DNA of 63,810 nt, filler included, from Squatina squatina (GCA_031763465.1; 13 parts of one record of this genome joined end to end with filler, not necessarily neighbours in it), one strand, 5' to 3'. Numbered from the whole stretch's first letter, positions 1 through 11,654 are shown. Numbers and translations: made by a program. The notes: generated from the sequence alone by a model not told the origin.

Positions 1-1087
1 TTGACTGATATCGGGAGTGTTGACGCTGTGTGTTCGCTGATATCGTGAGTGTGAGTCCTGTGTGTTGACCGATATCGGGAGTGTGAGTGCTGTGTCTTCT
101 CTGATATCCGGAGTTTTAGTGCTGTGTGTTCATTGATATTTGGATTGTGAGTTCTGTGTGTTCTCTGATATCGGGAGTGTTAGTGCTGTGTGTTCTCTGA
201 TATCAGGAGTGAGAGTGCTGTGTGTTCACTGATATCTGGATTGTGAGCGCTGTGTGTTCACTGATATTGGGAGTGTAAGTGCTGTGTGTTCCCTGATGTC
301 AGGAGTGTGAATGATGTGTGTTCTCTGTCTCGGGAGTGTGAGTGTTGTGTGTTCACTGTTATTGGGAGTGTAAGTGCTGTGTGTTCACTGATATCGGGAG
401 TGGTAATGATGTGTGTTCTCTGCGAGCGGGAGTGTGAGTGATGTGTGTTCACTTATATCGGACGTGTGTGTGCTGTGTGTTCACTGATATCGGGAGTGCG
501 AGTGCTGTGTGTTCACTGATGTCGGGAGTGTGATGGCTGTGTGTTCACTGATATCGGGAGTTTGAGTTCTGTCTGTTGACTGATATCAGGAGTGTGAGTG
601 CTGTGTGTTTTCTGATATCGGGAGTGTGAGTGCTGTGTGTTCACTGATGTCGGGAGTGTGAGTGATGTGTATTCCCTTATATCGGGAGTGTGAGTGCGGT
701 GTGTTCACTGATTTCGGGAGTGTGAGCGCTGTGTTTTCACTAATATCGGCAGTTTGAGAGCTGTGTGTTCACTGATATCTGGATTGTGAGCGCTGTGTGT
801 TCACTGATATTGGGAGAGTAAGTGCTGTGTGTTCACTGATATCGGGAGTGTGAATGATGTGTGTTCTCTGTCTCGGGAGTATGAGTGTTGTGTGTTCAAT
901 GTTATTGGGAGTGTAAGTGCTTTGTGTTCACTGATATCGAGAGTGTGAATGATGTGTGTTCTCTGAGATGGGGAGTGTGAGTGATGTGTGTTCACTTATA
1001 TCGGGAGTGCGAGCGCTGTGTGTTCACTGATATCGGCAGTGTGACTGCTGTGTGTTCACTGATGTCGGGAGTGTGATGGCTGTGTGT
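1..1087. repeat. 32-bp tandem minisatellite (consensus approx. CTGATATCGGGAGTGTGAGTGCTGTGTGTTCA), about 34 units, truncated by window edge and gap
   Basis: CTGATATC recurs at 32-nt spacing (e.g. 5, 37). The short His/Thr-rich ORFs are translations of the repeat. Confidence 0.95.
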
Positions 1088-1187
1088 NNNNNNNNNNNNN
1101 NNNNNNNNNNNNNNNNNNNNNNNNNNNNNNNNNNNNNNNNNNNNNNNNNNNNNNNNNNNNNNNNNNNNNNNNNNNNNNNNNNNNNNN

Positions 1188-1540
1188 AGGGTAGATGTTG
1201 AGAGGTTGTTGCCCCTGGCTGGAGCATCTAAAACTAGGTGGCATAGTCTCAGGATAAGGGGTCGGTCATTTAAGACTAAGATGAGGAGGAACTTCTTCAC
1301 TCAAGAAGGTTGTGAATCTTTGGAATCCTCCGTACCCAGAGGGCTGTGGACGCTGAATCGTTGAGTATATTCAAGACTGAGATAGATAGATTTTTGGACC
1401 CCAGAGGAATCAAGGGATATGGAAATCAGGCAGGAAAGTAGAGTTGAGGTCGAAGATTAGCCATGATCTTATTCAATGGCGGAATAGTCTTGAGGGGCTG
1501 TATGGCCTGCTCCTGCTCCTAATTCTTGTGTTCTTAAGGT
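1188..1540 (+). mobile_element. CR1 (HER1-like) LINE 3' end
   Basis: Remnant of the RGHSLRIRG..RNFFTQ..VVNLWN C-terminus plus a GGCCTGCTCCTGCTCCTAATTCTTGTGTTCTT tail. Confidence 0.85.
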
Positions 1541-2224
1541 TCTTAGACAAGGTGTCCTTGATAATGTTTTTGTCAATTCCTATCCCAATCCATTTCCAGT
1601 CTCTAAATCAAGTTTGCTGCTTCTGTAAACTGTGATAGGAAAAGTCAGTATCAGTTCCGCTATCTATTCCTAATGGTTTTCCTTATACCCAACTTTCATA
1701 TTTACAATTTGCATTCTTCTTAATGCATTTAATCTCTTAGGGGAGATAATAACAACAGGTAAAACTCTATGAAAAATTAATCAAAGGTAAATCCCAGAAT
1801 ATCAATCAAACATTAGAATCCATATGATTTGACTCATTGTCATTCACAATTATGTGCCAAAGTGACAACAACAACCAGCAACAACACAATTCACNNNNNN
1901 NNNNNNNNNNNNNNNNNNNNNNNNNNNNNNNNNNNNNNNNNNNNNNNNNNNNNNNNNNNNNNNNNNNNNNNNNNNNNNNNNNNNNNNNNNNNNNGTGCAC
2001 TGTTGACTTGATCTACAACCAAACATAAAGCTAATTGTTAGTAACTGAAAAGGATATTTTTTCCCCCGGAGGAATGAGCCTGATGTTAACATAAGTTTAT
2101 TTTATAGTATGGTGTTTATACTTTCATCTGAAATACCAAATTTTACTTTTAAGCAGAAACATGTACACAACTTTACTATGGTAAAACTGGAATGTTGTGG
2201 TATTATAATATTCCAGCCATAATG

Positions 2225-3384
2225 AAGCAATCCATGTCCTCATGCAGCAAGACCTGGATGACATTCAGCCTTGGGCTAATACGTGACCAGCAACATTCGC
2301 ACCACACAAGTGCCAGGCAATGACTATACCCAACGAGAGAGTCTAGCCACTGCCCCTTGACATTCAACGGCATTACCATCGCCAAATCAACAACCATCAA
2401 CATCTTGGTTGTCACCATTGAGCAGAAACTTAACTGGACCAGCCACATAAATACTATGGTTACAAGAGCAGGTCTGAGGTTGGGCATTCCGCAGAGTGTC
2501 TCACCTCCTGACTCCCCAAAGCCTTTCTACCATCTACAAGGCACAAGTCAGGAGTGTNNNNNNNNNNNNNNNNNNNNNNNNNNNNNNNNNNNNNNNNNNN
2601 NNNNNNNNNNNNNNNNNNNNNNNNNNNNNNNNNNNNNNNNNNNNNNNNNNNNNNNNNAGACCTCATTACAGCTTTGGTCCAAACATGGATAGAAGAGCGG
2701 AATTCCAGAGGAGAGGCGAGAGTGACTGGCCTTGACATCAAGGCAGTATTTGACCAAGTATGGCAACAAGGAGCCCCAGTAAAACTGAAGTCAATGGGAA
2801 TCAGGGAGAAAGCTCTCCACTAGCAATTGCCATACCTACCACAAAGGAAGACGGTTGTGGTTGTCGGAGGCCAATCATCTGAGGCCCAGGACATTCGCAA
2901 CTCTTCAGATAATGAAGCAGTCCGTGCCCACATGCAGCAAGACCTGGACAACTTTCAGGCTTAGGTTGACAAGTGGCAAATAACATTCACGCCTCACAAG
3001 TGCCAGGCAATGACCATCTCCCCTTGACATTCATCCCCCACCATCAACATCCTGGGGGGGGGGGTCACCATTGACTAGAAACTTAACTGGACCAGCCATG
3101 TAAATACTATAGCTACAAGAGGAGGTCAGAAGCTGGGTATCTTGCAGCGCGCAACTCACCTCCTGACTCCCCAAAGCCTTTCCACCATCTACAAGGCACA
3201 AGTCAGGAGTGTTTTGGAATGCTCTCCATTTGCCTAGATGAGTGCAGCTCTAACAACACTCAGGAAATTCACCACCATCCAGGACAAAGCAGCCCACTTG
3301 ATTGGTACCCCTTTCACCATTTTAAGCATTCACTCTCTCCGCCGACACATTGCTGCTGCAGTGTGCATCATCTACGAGATGCAC
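2225..3384 (+). mobile_element. Degenerate L2/CR1-superfamily LINE RT fragments (several pieces across gaps)
   Basis: LDIKAVFDQVW, QKLNWTSHIN, LSTIYKAQVRS and IQDKAAHLIG RT-type motifs with stops. Confidence 0.8.
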
Positions 3385-3484
3385 NNNNNNNNNNNNNNNN
3401 NNNNNNNNNNNNNNNNNNNNNNNNNNNNTTAATTAATTAANNNNNNNNNNNNNNNNNNNNNNNNNNNNNNNNNNNNNNNNNNNN
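3385..3484. other. Artificial scaffold linker N44-TTAATTAATTAA-N44. Same core at 15059, 21917, 25597, 35360, 38532, 42131, 47182, 49718, 58136, 60159 and 61986.
   Basis: Identical 12-mer, with stops in all six frames, centred in N runs 12 times. Confidence 0.97.
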
Positions 3485-4140
3485 TGGTTCTTTTGCCAAC
3501 CACCTTAAATCTGTGCCCTCTGATTACCGACACTGGAAACAGTTTCTCCTTATTTACTCTGTCAAAACTCTTCGTGATTTTGACCACCTCTATCAAATCT
3601 CCTCTTAACCTTCTTCTCTGCTCGAAGGAGAAGAAGAAAGGAAGGAACACAGGAGCATAACAACACAGGAACAGGAATAGGCTACTTGGCCCCCCCGAGC
3701 CTGTTCCGCCAGTCAATGAGATCTTGGCTGATCTGCGACCTAACTCCATATACCCCGCCTTTGGCCCGTGTCCCTTAATACGATTGGTTAACAAAAAGCT
3801 AGCAATCTCAGATTTAAAATTAACAATTGACCTTGCATCAATTGCCGTTTGCGGAAGAGAGTTCCAAACTTCTACCACCCTCTGTTTGTAGAAGTGTTTC
3901 CAATTTTCACTCCTGAAAAGTCTGGCTCTAATTTTTAGACTATGCACCCCCCTCCCACCCCAGTCCTAGAATCCCCAAAAAGCGGAAATAGTTTCTCTCT
4001 ATCTACGCTATCTGTTCCCCTTAATATTCTGAAAACTTCGATCAGATCACCCCTTAACCTTCTGAATTCTAGGAATACAACCCTAGTTTGTGTAATCTCT
4101 CCTCGTAACTTAACCCTTGAAAGTCCAGGTATCATTCTGG
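3485..4140 (-). mobile_element. CR1 LINE 3' fragments (two copies)
   Basis: EFRRLRGDLIEVFRIL..DREKLFPL and HSLKIRAR..KHFYKQRVVEVWNSLP. Confidence 0.88.
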
Positions 4141-4298
4141 AAGGAAGAATTAATTGCACCTCATGGAGTAAGTGTCGAAATTCCTGGGATTTTGCCATNN
4201 NNNNNNNNNNNNNNNNNNNNNNNNNNNNNNNNNNNNNNNNNNNNNNNNNNNNNNNNNNNNNNNNNNNNNNNNNNNNNNNNNNNNNNNNNNNNNNNNNN

Positions 4299-4761
4299 CA
4301 CTGGGGCAGGTGGCTATCCGACCCTGCTGAAGAATGCTGTCGCCCTTCCGGCGTTCAGTGGCGTGCACGAAAGCCCAGAGCAGGAGCACGCTCCTCCAAA
4401 GCCTCCCAGACTCCACCTGGAGGAAGTCCCAGGTCAGAGGTCAATGTCAGTCAGCTGCACAGCAGAGTGCTTCCACAGTCGCCATGAGATGTCCACCATT
4501 CCAACATTCAGCAAAACAGCGGGGTCATCTGTTTCCTTATTAGCAGAATCGAGCACTTCCTCGGAATGCTCGGTAATTGGCATTGGGCAGGTGGATGGGA
4601 AGAGAGCCTTAATCTTCAACAGTGAGATGTCCCTCAACAATGAGAGCCTTTTTCCTTCCGACTCCTATCTGAGTGGATCCGAATCCTCCCTTGGTTTGGA
4701 TCTAGACCTGGGACCTTCAATACTGGACGATGTCCTCAGAATTATGGACGGATACAAGTAA
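4299..4761 (+). CDS. Cdc42 effector protein (BORG/CEP family, CDC42EP2/3-like), C-terminal part of coding exon; 5' part in gap
   Basis: LLKNAVALP (BH1), APPKPPRLHLE (BH2), LDLGPSILDDVLRIMD (BH3), stop at 4759-4761. Family is clear, exact orthologue is not. Confidence 0.88.
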
Positions 4762-5409
4762 CGTGAAGAAATCTGGAAATCCCTGTTCGATATGCCAACG
4801 GTGGAAGGATGTCGGAGGAAAGAAACTGACATTAAGAATGTACCATTCTGTCCAAACAGAACCCTATCATTGGCTGGTGACGGACTGGGACTCAAATAGG
4901 GATTTCCTCGGTCTAAGAGCAAACTTAGAAACATCACATTTTGTATCCTCAGTAGATTATCGCTTTCTAAACTGGAACTCATTGGAGTAAGGATGTAGTT
5001 AATTGGAAACAGAAAGTAACCGGTTACCCGTTTTTCTATAACTTCATTAAACTCCCTTCCTTCAGTCCTGGGTGGCGAAAAGATTGCGTACAACACTGTG
5101 AGCTAGAAATACTGAACTATTGCAGGAAAACCCAGTTAAACATGCAACTTAAAAACAAATGGTTGCTCTCTACATTCACTGTCAGATTGCATATTAGTGC
5201 AGAATTCAGAAATACACAGGGTGTTAGGATGGAAATAAGTCTGGAATCATGAGCGAACCAGTTGCATTTTTTACAACAATCCGATAGCCTCATGGTTACA
5301 AATACTGAAACCAGCTTTTTATTCCAGATTTAAAAAGCTCAATAAAACTAGCAGAGATTAGATTCCAGCTCTGGATGCTGGATGCCTCCCTATCATGGTA
5401 ACCTTACCA

Positions 5410-5890
5410 AATCTCTAACATTCTCCAGCCCTACAACCCTCTGAAATCTCTGTAGCCTCCTCCAACCCGACAACCCTCTGAAATCTCTGTAACCTTCTCC
5501 AGCCCTACAATCCTCTGAAATCCCTGTAACCTTCTCCAGCCCTACAATCCTCTGAAATCTCTGTAGCCTCCTTCAGCCCTACAACCCTCTGAAATCTCTG
5601 TAGCCTCCTCCAACCCGACAACCCTCTGAAATCTCTAACCTTCTCCAGCCCTACAATCCTCTGAAATCCCTGTAGCCTCCTTCAGCTCTACAACCCTCTG
5701 AAATCTCTGTAACCTTCTCCACTTCTACAACCCTCTGAAATCCCTGTAGCCTCCTCCAGCCCTCCAAACCTCTGAAATCTCTAACCTTCTCCAGCCCCAC
5801 AAACATCTGAAATCTCTGTAACCTTCTCCAGCCCTACAACCCTTTGAAAACTCCGTAGCCTCCTCCAGTTTTACAAACCTCTGAAATCTC
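5410..5890 (+). repeat. 37-bp tandem minisatellite (CTGAAATCTCTGTAGCCTCCTCCAGCCCTACAACCCT), about 13 units, derived from an L2 3' segment
   Basis: CTGAAATC at 5441, 5478 and onward; runs directly into L2 3' sequence. Confidence 0.93.
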
Positions 5891-6051
5891 TGGGCTCCTC
5901 CAATTCTGGCCTCTTGAGCATCCCTGATTTCCTTCATCCACCATTGAAGGCCACGCCTTCAGCTGCCTCAGCCCCAGCTCTGGAATTCCCTCCCTAAACC
6001 TCTCCGCCTCTCTACATCTCTCTCTTCCTTTAAGATGCTCCTTAAAACCCA
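5890..6051 (+). mobile_element. L2 LINE 3' end
   Basis: GCCTTCAGCTGCC..CTCTGGAATTCCCTCCCTAAACCTCTCCGCC..TTTAAGATGCTCCTTAAAACC, shared with other copies in the window. Confidence 0.8.
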
Positions 6052-6199
6052 NNNNNNNNNNNNNNNNNNNNNNNNNNNNNNNNNNNNNNNNNNNNNNNNN
6101 NNNNNNNNNNNNNNNNNNNNNNNNNNNNNNNNNNNNNNNNNNNNNNNNNNNATGTCAGCGGAGTTCCCAGTCCAGCCCCCGTGGCCTAGTTGGTACGAC

Positions 6200-6661
6200 C
6201 TGCTGAGCACTTAAATACTCAGCCAAAGGCAAAGTTTTACTGTGGGAAATGCAGCTGCTGACTCGCATACAATGCCTCCACTGCAATTCAAGCGGCACCA
6301 ATGCGATTTATACAACCAAGAGGTGGAGCCCACCTGACCCGTTAAATAGCGCCAAAAATCAATGGAGGAAGTCTGTCACCACCCGAAAAACCAGGCGGCG
6401 TCACCACTACTTTTAAAGGTTTGGATCAGAAGCAAATTCATGGTCGGGCAGCCATTTTGGGTGCTGCGCCTGATAACGTCATGGACGCCATCCAGCGCCC
6501 GATGCCAAGTATCTAGCGCTGCTGGAGCAGCGCCCATTTAGCGCCTGCACTGCTTCGATAATTCTGCATTGGAGCCCCTTAGCACCCAAAGCAGGCGTTA
6601 GACCCCTAACGCCTGTTTAGCGCTCATTGTGCGCTTGCGCTGGTATACCAATTGGGCGCCC
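6200..6661. mobile_element. Putative non-autonomous PIF/Harbinger-type element, right end
   Basis: Ends in AATTGGGCGCCC, the reverse complement of GGGCGCCCAATT at 45081 and 59064. Dense AGCGCC/GGCGTTA subterminal motifs. Left boundary unclear. Confidence 0.5.
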
Positions 6662-7099
6662 ACAGTCTTTGATTTCTATTTTTTTGCACAAATGCATCAT
6701 GGGATGGGTGTTCGTTAAAATACCATATCATGGATTGTATACCGTGGCACCTCACAAATACAACATGGGATGGGATATAAAACTAAGGAACCTCACAAAT
6801 ACAGCAAGTCATAGAATATTAACTAGCTCACTCAGAAATACAGCACGTGATGGCGTACAAACTAGGGTACCACAGAAATACAGCACATGATGAGGAATAA
6901 ACCAAGGTACCTCACCAAATAAGCAAGTAATCAAGTTAAAATTAGGGAGAGTATGTGCGTGTGTATTTGTTAGTCAATGCAGCAGAGCCAGGTCTCCAAT
7001 CGTCTCAGACCTCCTTGCCATTGGATGAAGACCTTGCTTGGCCAAGACCGTGTGGTAGCCGGTGTGCAACGGCCAGTCCACGTTAAAAGAATTCACGCA

Positions 7100-7480
7100 C
7101 AGACATCTTCCACCCCTTGTAAACACAGGCACGATAGCAGCAGTCTGAACTTGCATGAGAGCGATGTGAGCTTTTACTGCAGCACTCAGACGTTGGGTTG
7201 CTTCCGCTTGTGCTGCAATGGAAGCTGAGACATTGTCCATCACACCCAGTATCATGGTTGGGTCCACAAGTGCTTTAGTGGAGTTGCCCATCACTTCCAT
7301 TCTGGAAACCATGGGCTCCAAGCTCTGTACAAATGCTTTTTGACACTGACAACAGGCTCTCTAGCAAGCATCCCATCAATCTTCTTCTGAAGGCTGCCCT
7401 ATCGAAATCTTCATCCGAGTCCTCTGCAGCAGAACACATGTCCTCGTCCTCTGGGGAGCTGGCACCTGTGTTACTCTTTC
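7100..7480 (-). pseudogene. Frameshifted ORF relic, probably the C-terminal part of a Harbinger Myb/SANT-type accessory protein
   Basis: Acidic SAAEDSDEDFD followed by coiled-coil-like VSASIAAQAEATQRLSAAV..QTAAI in two frames. Assignment is by recalled resemblance only. Confidence 0.4.
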
Positions 7481-7688
7481 CCCTTGCCCACTTACCTACA
7501 ATGGATATACAGCACAGAAACAGGCCATTCGGCCCAACCAGTCCATGCCGGCGTTTATGCTCCACTCGAGCCTCCTCCTGTCTTTCCTNNNNNNNNNNNN
7601 NNNNNNNNNNNNNNNNNNNNNNNNNNNNNNNNNNNNNNNNNNNNNNNNNNNNNNNNNNNNNNNNNNNNNNNNNNNNNNNNNNNNNNNN

Positions 7689-7852
7689 GGGGGGCGTCCA
7701 GATCTTAAGGTTGCCAAAATGGGACAGTCGGTCTGCGCATGGCGCAGTCGAGTGAGCACAAAGAGAGACATTTGTGCAATTTTCAAACAGTTGTCGGGAC
7801 ACCGGGGGGAGTTTCGTGAAAAACCGGGACTGTGGCACATCTGGTCACCCTA
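7689..7852. mobile_element. hAT (Blackjack/Tip100-type) MITE fragment
   Basis: Ends in TGGTCACCCTA (TAGGGTGACCA TIR) with repeated GGGAC subterminal motifs. Confidence 0.6.
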
Positions 7853-8060
7853 ACCGTTGGTGGCCGTGCCTTCAGCTGCCTGGGCCCCGAGCTCTGGAAT
7901 TCCCTCCCCAAACCTCTCCGCCTCTCTGTATCTCTATCTCTCCTCCTCCAAGACGCTCCTTAAAACCTCCCTCTTTGGCGAAGCTGTCCAAAACCCTCGA
8001 GTGGCTCGCTGTCAAATCGTTCCCTTGGTGAAGCGCTGCCGGACGTTTCAGGCGCTGCGC
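7853..8060 (+). mobile_element. L2 LINE 3' end, CpG-rich
   Basis: Same L2 tail motif as 5890-6051. Confidence 0.75.
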
Positions 8061-8520
8061 AAACGCAAGCTGCCGTTAAAACCGGCAAAGCCTCGGCTCC
8101 CTCCCACCCTAAGAGGCCACGAGGGGCAGTCACAGCCGGGGGTGGGGGGGGGGGGGGGGGGCCGGTGCCGGCCCCCGCCCCCACCGCGCCAGGGAACTGC
8201 CGCGAGCCCTCGATCAACGCCGGCGTTATTCTTCCCCGACCGTCTGTAAAGATAAGAGCCGGGACTGGGCGTGTCCTCCCCTCCGGACACCGTCCGCGAT
8301 GGGGGCGCGAAGACGCGCAGGCCGCCTGGAGGCCCCGCGCAGGACGCTCGCCGGCTTTTATACCGGAGAAACCGCGCCAAGCGCGCAAATTTGAACGGGC
8401 CCGCGCGACTACTTAAAAAGGGGCGGGCGGCGCACCGAAAAAGAATATGAGGGAACACTGGGCGTGCGTCGGGGAATTTTAGCTCAGTGCCCCCCACCCT
8501 TTCAAAGTGCGCCCCCTGAC
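8060..8520. promoter_or_regulatory. CpG island / candidate promoter
   Basis: High GC and CpG. TATAAAAG on the minus strand (8355-8362), GC boxes, TTGGCGCG (minus), GCGCG-CAAA-TTTGAA (8381-8395). Confidence 0.6.
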
Positions 8521-9084
8521 CACAACAGGCCGATAATCTTGGAATTGTCCAGCACGGTATGAGGCCATTTGGCCCATTGCACCTGTGCTGGCTCACAGAA
8601 TGAACTCTCCTCTAAGCCCCAGTCCCCTGCCCTATCCCCCCCACCGCCCCCCCATCCGTTGCCCCTCTCTGAAAGCGCTTTCCTCTTCTCCCCCATACCC
8701 TTAAAATTATTATTTCTATTGTCAAATATTTGACCCCTTTCTTTATTTTTACGCTAAATTGGGTTTCACCCTGCTGTTTCAGGCCGGGCAAGTCCTATTA
8801 ACACAGTGCGTGAGAAGAATTCCTCCCCTGGGCGAAGGCCTTTAATTAGCCAGTAGTTCGCCACAGTTCCTCGTGCCTCATTCCAGACACCACCTCAGGG
8901 CAGAATCGAAAATTGTACGTCTGACTATCAGCGAGCACACACGCCCACCATTACAGAAAACCTGGGCACACTGACTCATCCCAGCCAGAGCGGGAGGCTT
9001 GCAATCGCTCTGCTTGCGTGTGCCATTGTCATTTCCTGGAAGAGCCTGTTCCCTGTAAGCACAAGAGCCGTCCAGCGAAGACAT

Positions 9085-9430
9085 GGGATATACGGCACAG
9101 AAACAGGCCATTCGGCCCAACCAGTCCGTGCCGGCATTTATGCTCCACTCGAGCCTCCTCCCGTCTTTCCTCATCTAAATCTATCAGCATAATCCTCTAT
9201 TCCCTTCTCCCTCNNNNNNNNNNNNNNNNNNNNNNNNNNNNNNNNNNNNNNNNNNNNNNNNNNNNNNNNNNNNNNNNNNNNNNNNNNNNNNNNNNNNNNN
9301 NNNNNNNNNNNNNGTTCACCACTCTCTGGGTGAAGAAATTTCTCCTCATCTCAGTCCTAAATGGCTTACCCCTTATCCTTAGGCTGTGACTCCTGGTTCT
9401 GGACTTCCCCACCATCGGGAACATACTTCC
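9085..9430 (-). mobile_element. CR1 LINE 3' fragments
   Basis: SRTRSHSLRIRGKPFRTEMRRNFFTQRVVN plus a 3' UTR also found at 7500-7588 and 11070-11300. Confidence 0.85.
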
Positions 9431-10688
9431 TGCTAATAGATTTACCCTATGCATCCGCCTCGTCTTTGAAAGCAGCAAAGTCACAGTAACACGCACCTCA
9501 TTTAAATGACAAAGCAAATGTATTAAAACAAGCAAATAACATGTTCAAATTTTTGATTTGAGTTACATCATTTTAAATACTTTGACAATTAAACACTTTG
9601 GGACCAAAAATCCACATGGGGAGGTGCCCCTTGTAAAGAAAATAAAAGTACCCCCTTCATCCCCTTTGGAAGGGGGCCAATTTGGAAAAAAAAATGTTCC
9701 TCAATCTTCAGAGTTTGGGCCACGATCTTCAACCTAGACCCCCAAGTGGTTCTCACCTCAGCCATTCGAGCTGCCAGTATGCCTGCATTGACCTATCGGA
9801 TACTGATCCTACCCTGATCTTCTAGGCCAGTCATGTGGGAACTCCCTCTGACTCCACTGGCTTTGTAAGGAGTAGGTGAAGGCTCTTTTGACTACCATGT
9901 CCATAGAAATACCAATGTTAAACTGGGATGCAGCATATCTGGGTGCTGGCTTGATTTGCGGCCCTTCCAGTGCATTCAACTGGAGTGAATTTCCCAGCAT
10001 CTTTGAACTTTTTGCAGCACAGGCTGTGGTGGAATGTAAAATACTAGCACTTTGTTGTGCTGGAGTTGAAACGGTATTAATGGGAGATGTACATTGTGCC
10101 GCACACAGATGGGTGCAAAAAGTAGAAAAATATTCAGTTCCCTTTCACCACCATAACAAAGCGCAGTGAAATTTTAGAAGTGAACACAGAGAACGCACGC
10201 CATACAATGTTAATGACCAATAAGTACAGGTAATAGACCTGCACCATTTCTGCACGGGTTCTTATGGAATTTTTCTAGCATGGAAGGGCTGTGAAGTTAT
10301 AACACCATGGAATGTGTTTGTCCTAAGTTACTTTTATGTTTCGTTTTTACATATGGGTTACATTTTGTCAAGTAACCATCAATAAATAATATTGGCATCC
10401 ATTATGGATAAATCTCCAAGCAACAGTCGAGATGAGGATGGCTAAAAAATTCAATTTAGAAACCACTACCTGGTGGGGAGATGTTAATGTGATGGTGCAC
10501 GCTATCCAGAAGCAAACGTGGATCATAAAGTACTCTGCATGAACTATATCACTGGAAATTCACATTCATTACAAATGCATATTAATAAATGCTTTAATAG
10601 TTAGTTATTTCTAAGCGGTTTGCATTATCCCTCACTGTGATTTTTCCTCTCAATTTTGAAATTAACAAAAGTTATTTTGTTTTCTCAG

Positions 10689-10767
10689 TTGTACCAAGAA
10701 ATTGCAATTTGTCCAAAAATTATTCATCGTGTTCAGTTTGACAAGTCTGATACTTCCGTTAGTTATG
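10689..10767 (+). CDS. Candidate internal exon of an unidentified gene (LYQEIAICPKIIHRVQFDKSDTSVSY)
   Basis: TTTTGTTTTCTCAG acceptor, G|GTAAGG donor, open frame, non-repetitive flanks. Confidence 0.4.
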
Positions 10768-11654
10768 GTAAGGATATGTGCAAAATGTATATGCAGATTT
10801 CCTCAATTACCATTATTAGTCAATTGTGGCTTTATTTTTGTTTTGTAATTTGGATATCCCTGACACCCTGATTTAAAAGAAAATGTGTAACTTTTATTAT
10901 TTTTACAACAGGGACCAGTTGCACAAAAGTTAAGATCAGTCTTGAAGCCAGCCTGAGATTGATTTGTTTGATTTGACTTGGGGATAAGGGCATTATACAA
11001 TTAGAGGCTCAGTTATGAGCTGCTGAATTTGAAGTTGCTTAATTTAAATTAACTAACTGTAAATTGAAATTACATAGGATGTACGACAAAGAAACAGACC
11101 ATTTGACCCAACCAGTCCATGCTGGCGTTTATGCTCCACTCAAGCCTCCTCCCGTCTTTCCTCATCTTACTCTATCAGCATAATACTCCCTTCTCCCTCA
11201 TATGCTTATTTAGCTTCCCCTTTACTGCATCTACACAATTTGCCTCAACTACTCCCTGTAGTTCCACATTCTCACCACTCACTGGGTAAAGAAGTTTCCA
11301 AACACCCTCTCCCAGATAGCTTTAGACTATCCTATGCTCATTTCAGTGTCTGTCAGTCTCTCGCTGATTCTAAGCGTTATTTTTGCTGGAACATATCATT
11401 GCATTTCCCTTCATTGTAGAGTCCGTCAATCATTTCTGTGGCTCTGAAACCTCACTGAACTAAACCACACCTTGTTTACATCAGTCTCTGTGTACTNNNN
11501 NNNNNNNNNNNNNNNNNNNNNNNNNNNNNNNNNNNNNNNNNNNNNNNNNNNNNNNNNNNNNNNNNNNNNNNNNNNNNNNNNNNNNNNNNNNNNNNNACCA
11601 CCGGCTTAGAAATCCAGCACCAGTAAAGAATGGGGCTTAGGTGTCAGTGTTAGG

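Noticed and set aside
1..1087. CRISPR-like array
   Set aside because: Head-to-tail units with no unique spacers, no cas genes, vertebrate DNA.
3429..3440. Recurrent TTAATTAATTAA as a biological motif
   Set aside because: Always centred in N runs; assembly linker.
7857..8596. Overlapping Pro/Arg/Gly-rich ORFs
   Set aside because: Expected in GC-rich sequence; no recognisable domain; partly L2-derived.
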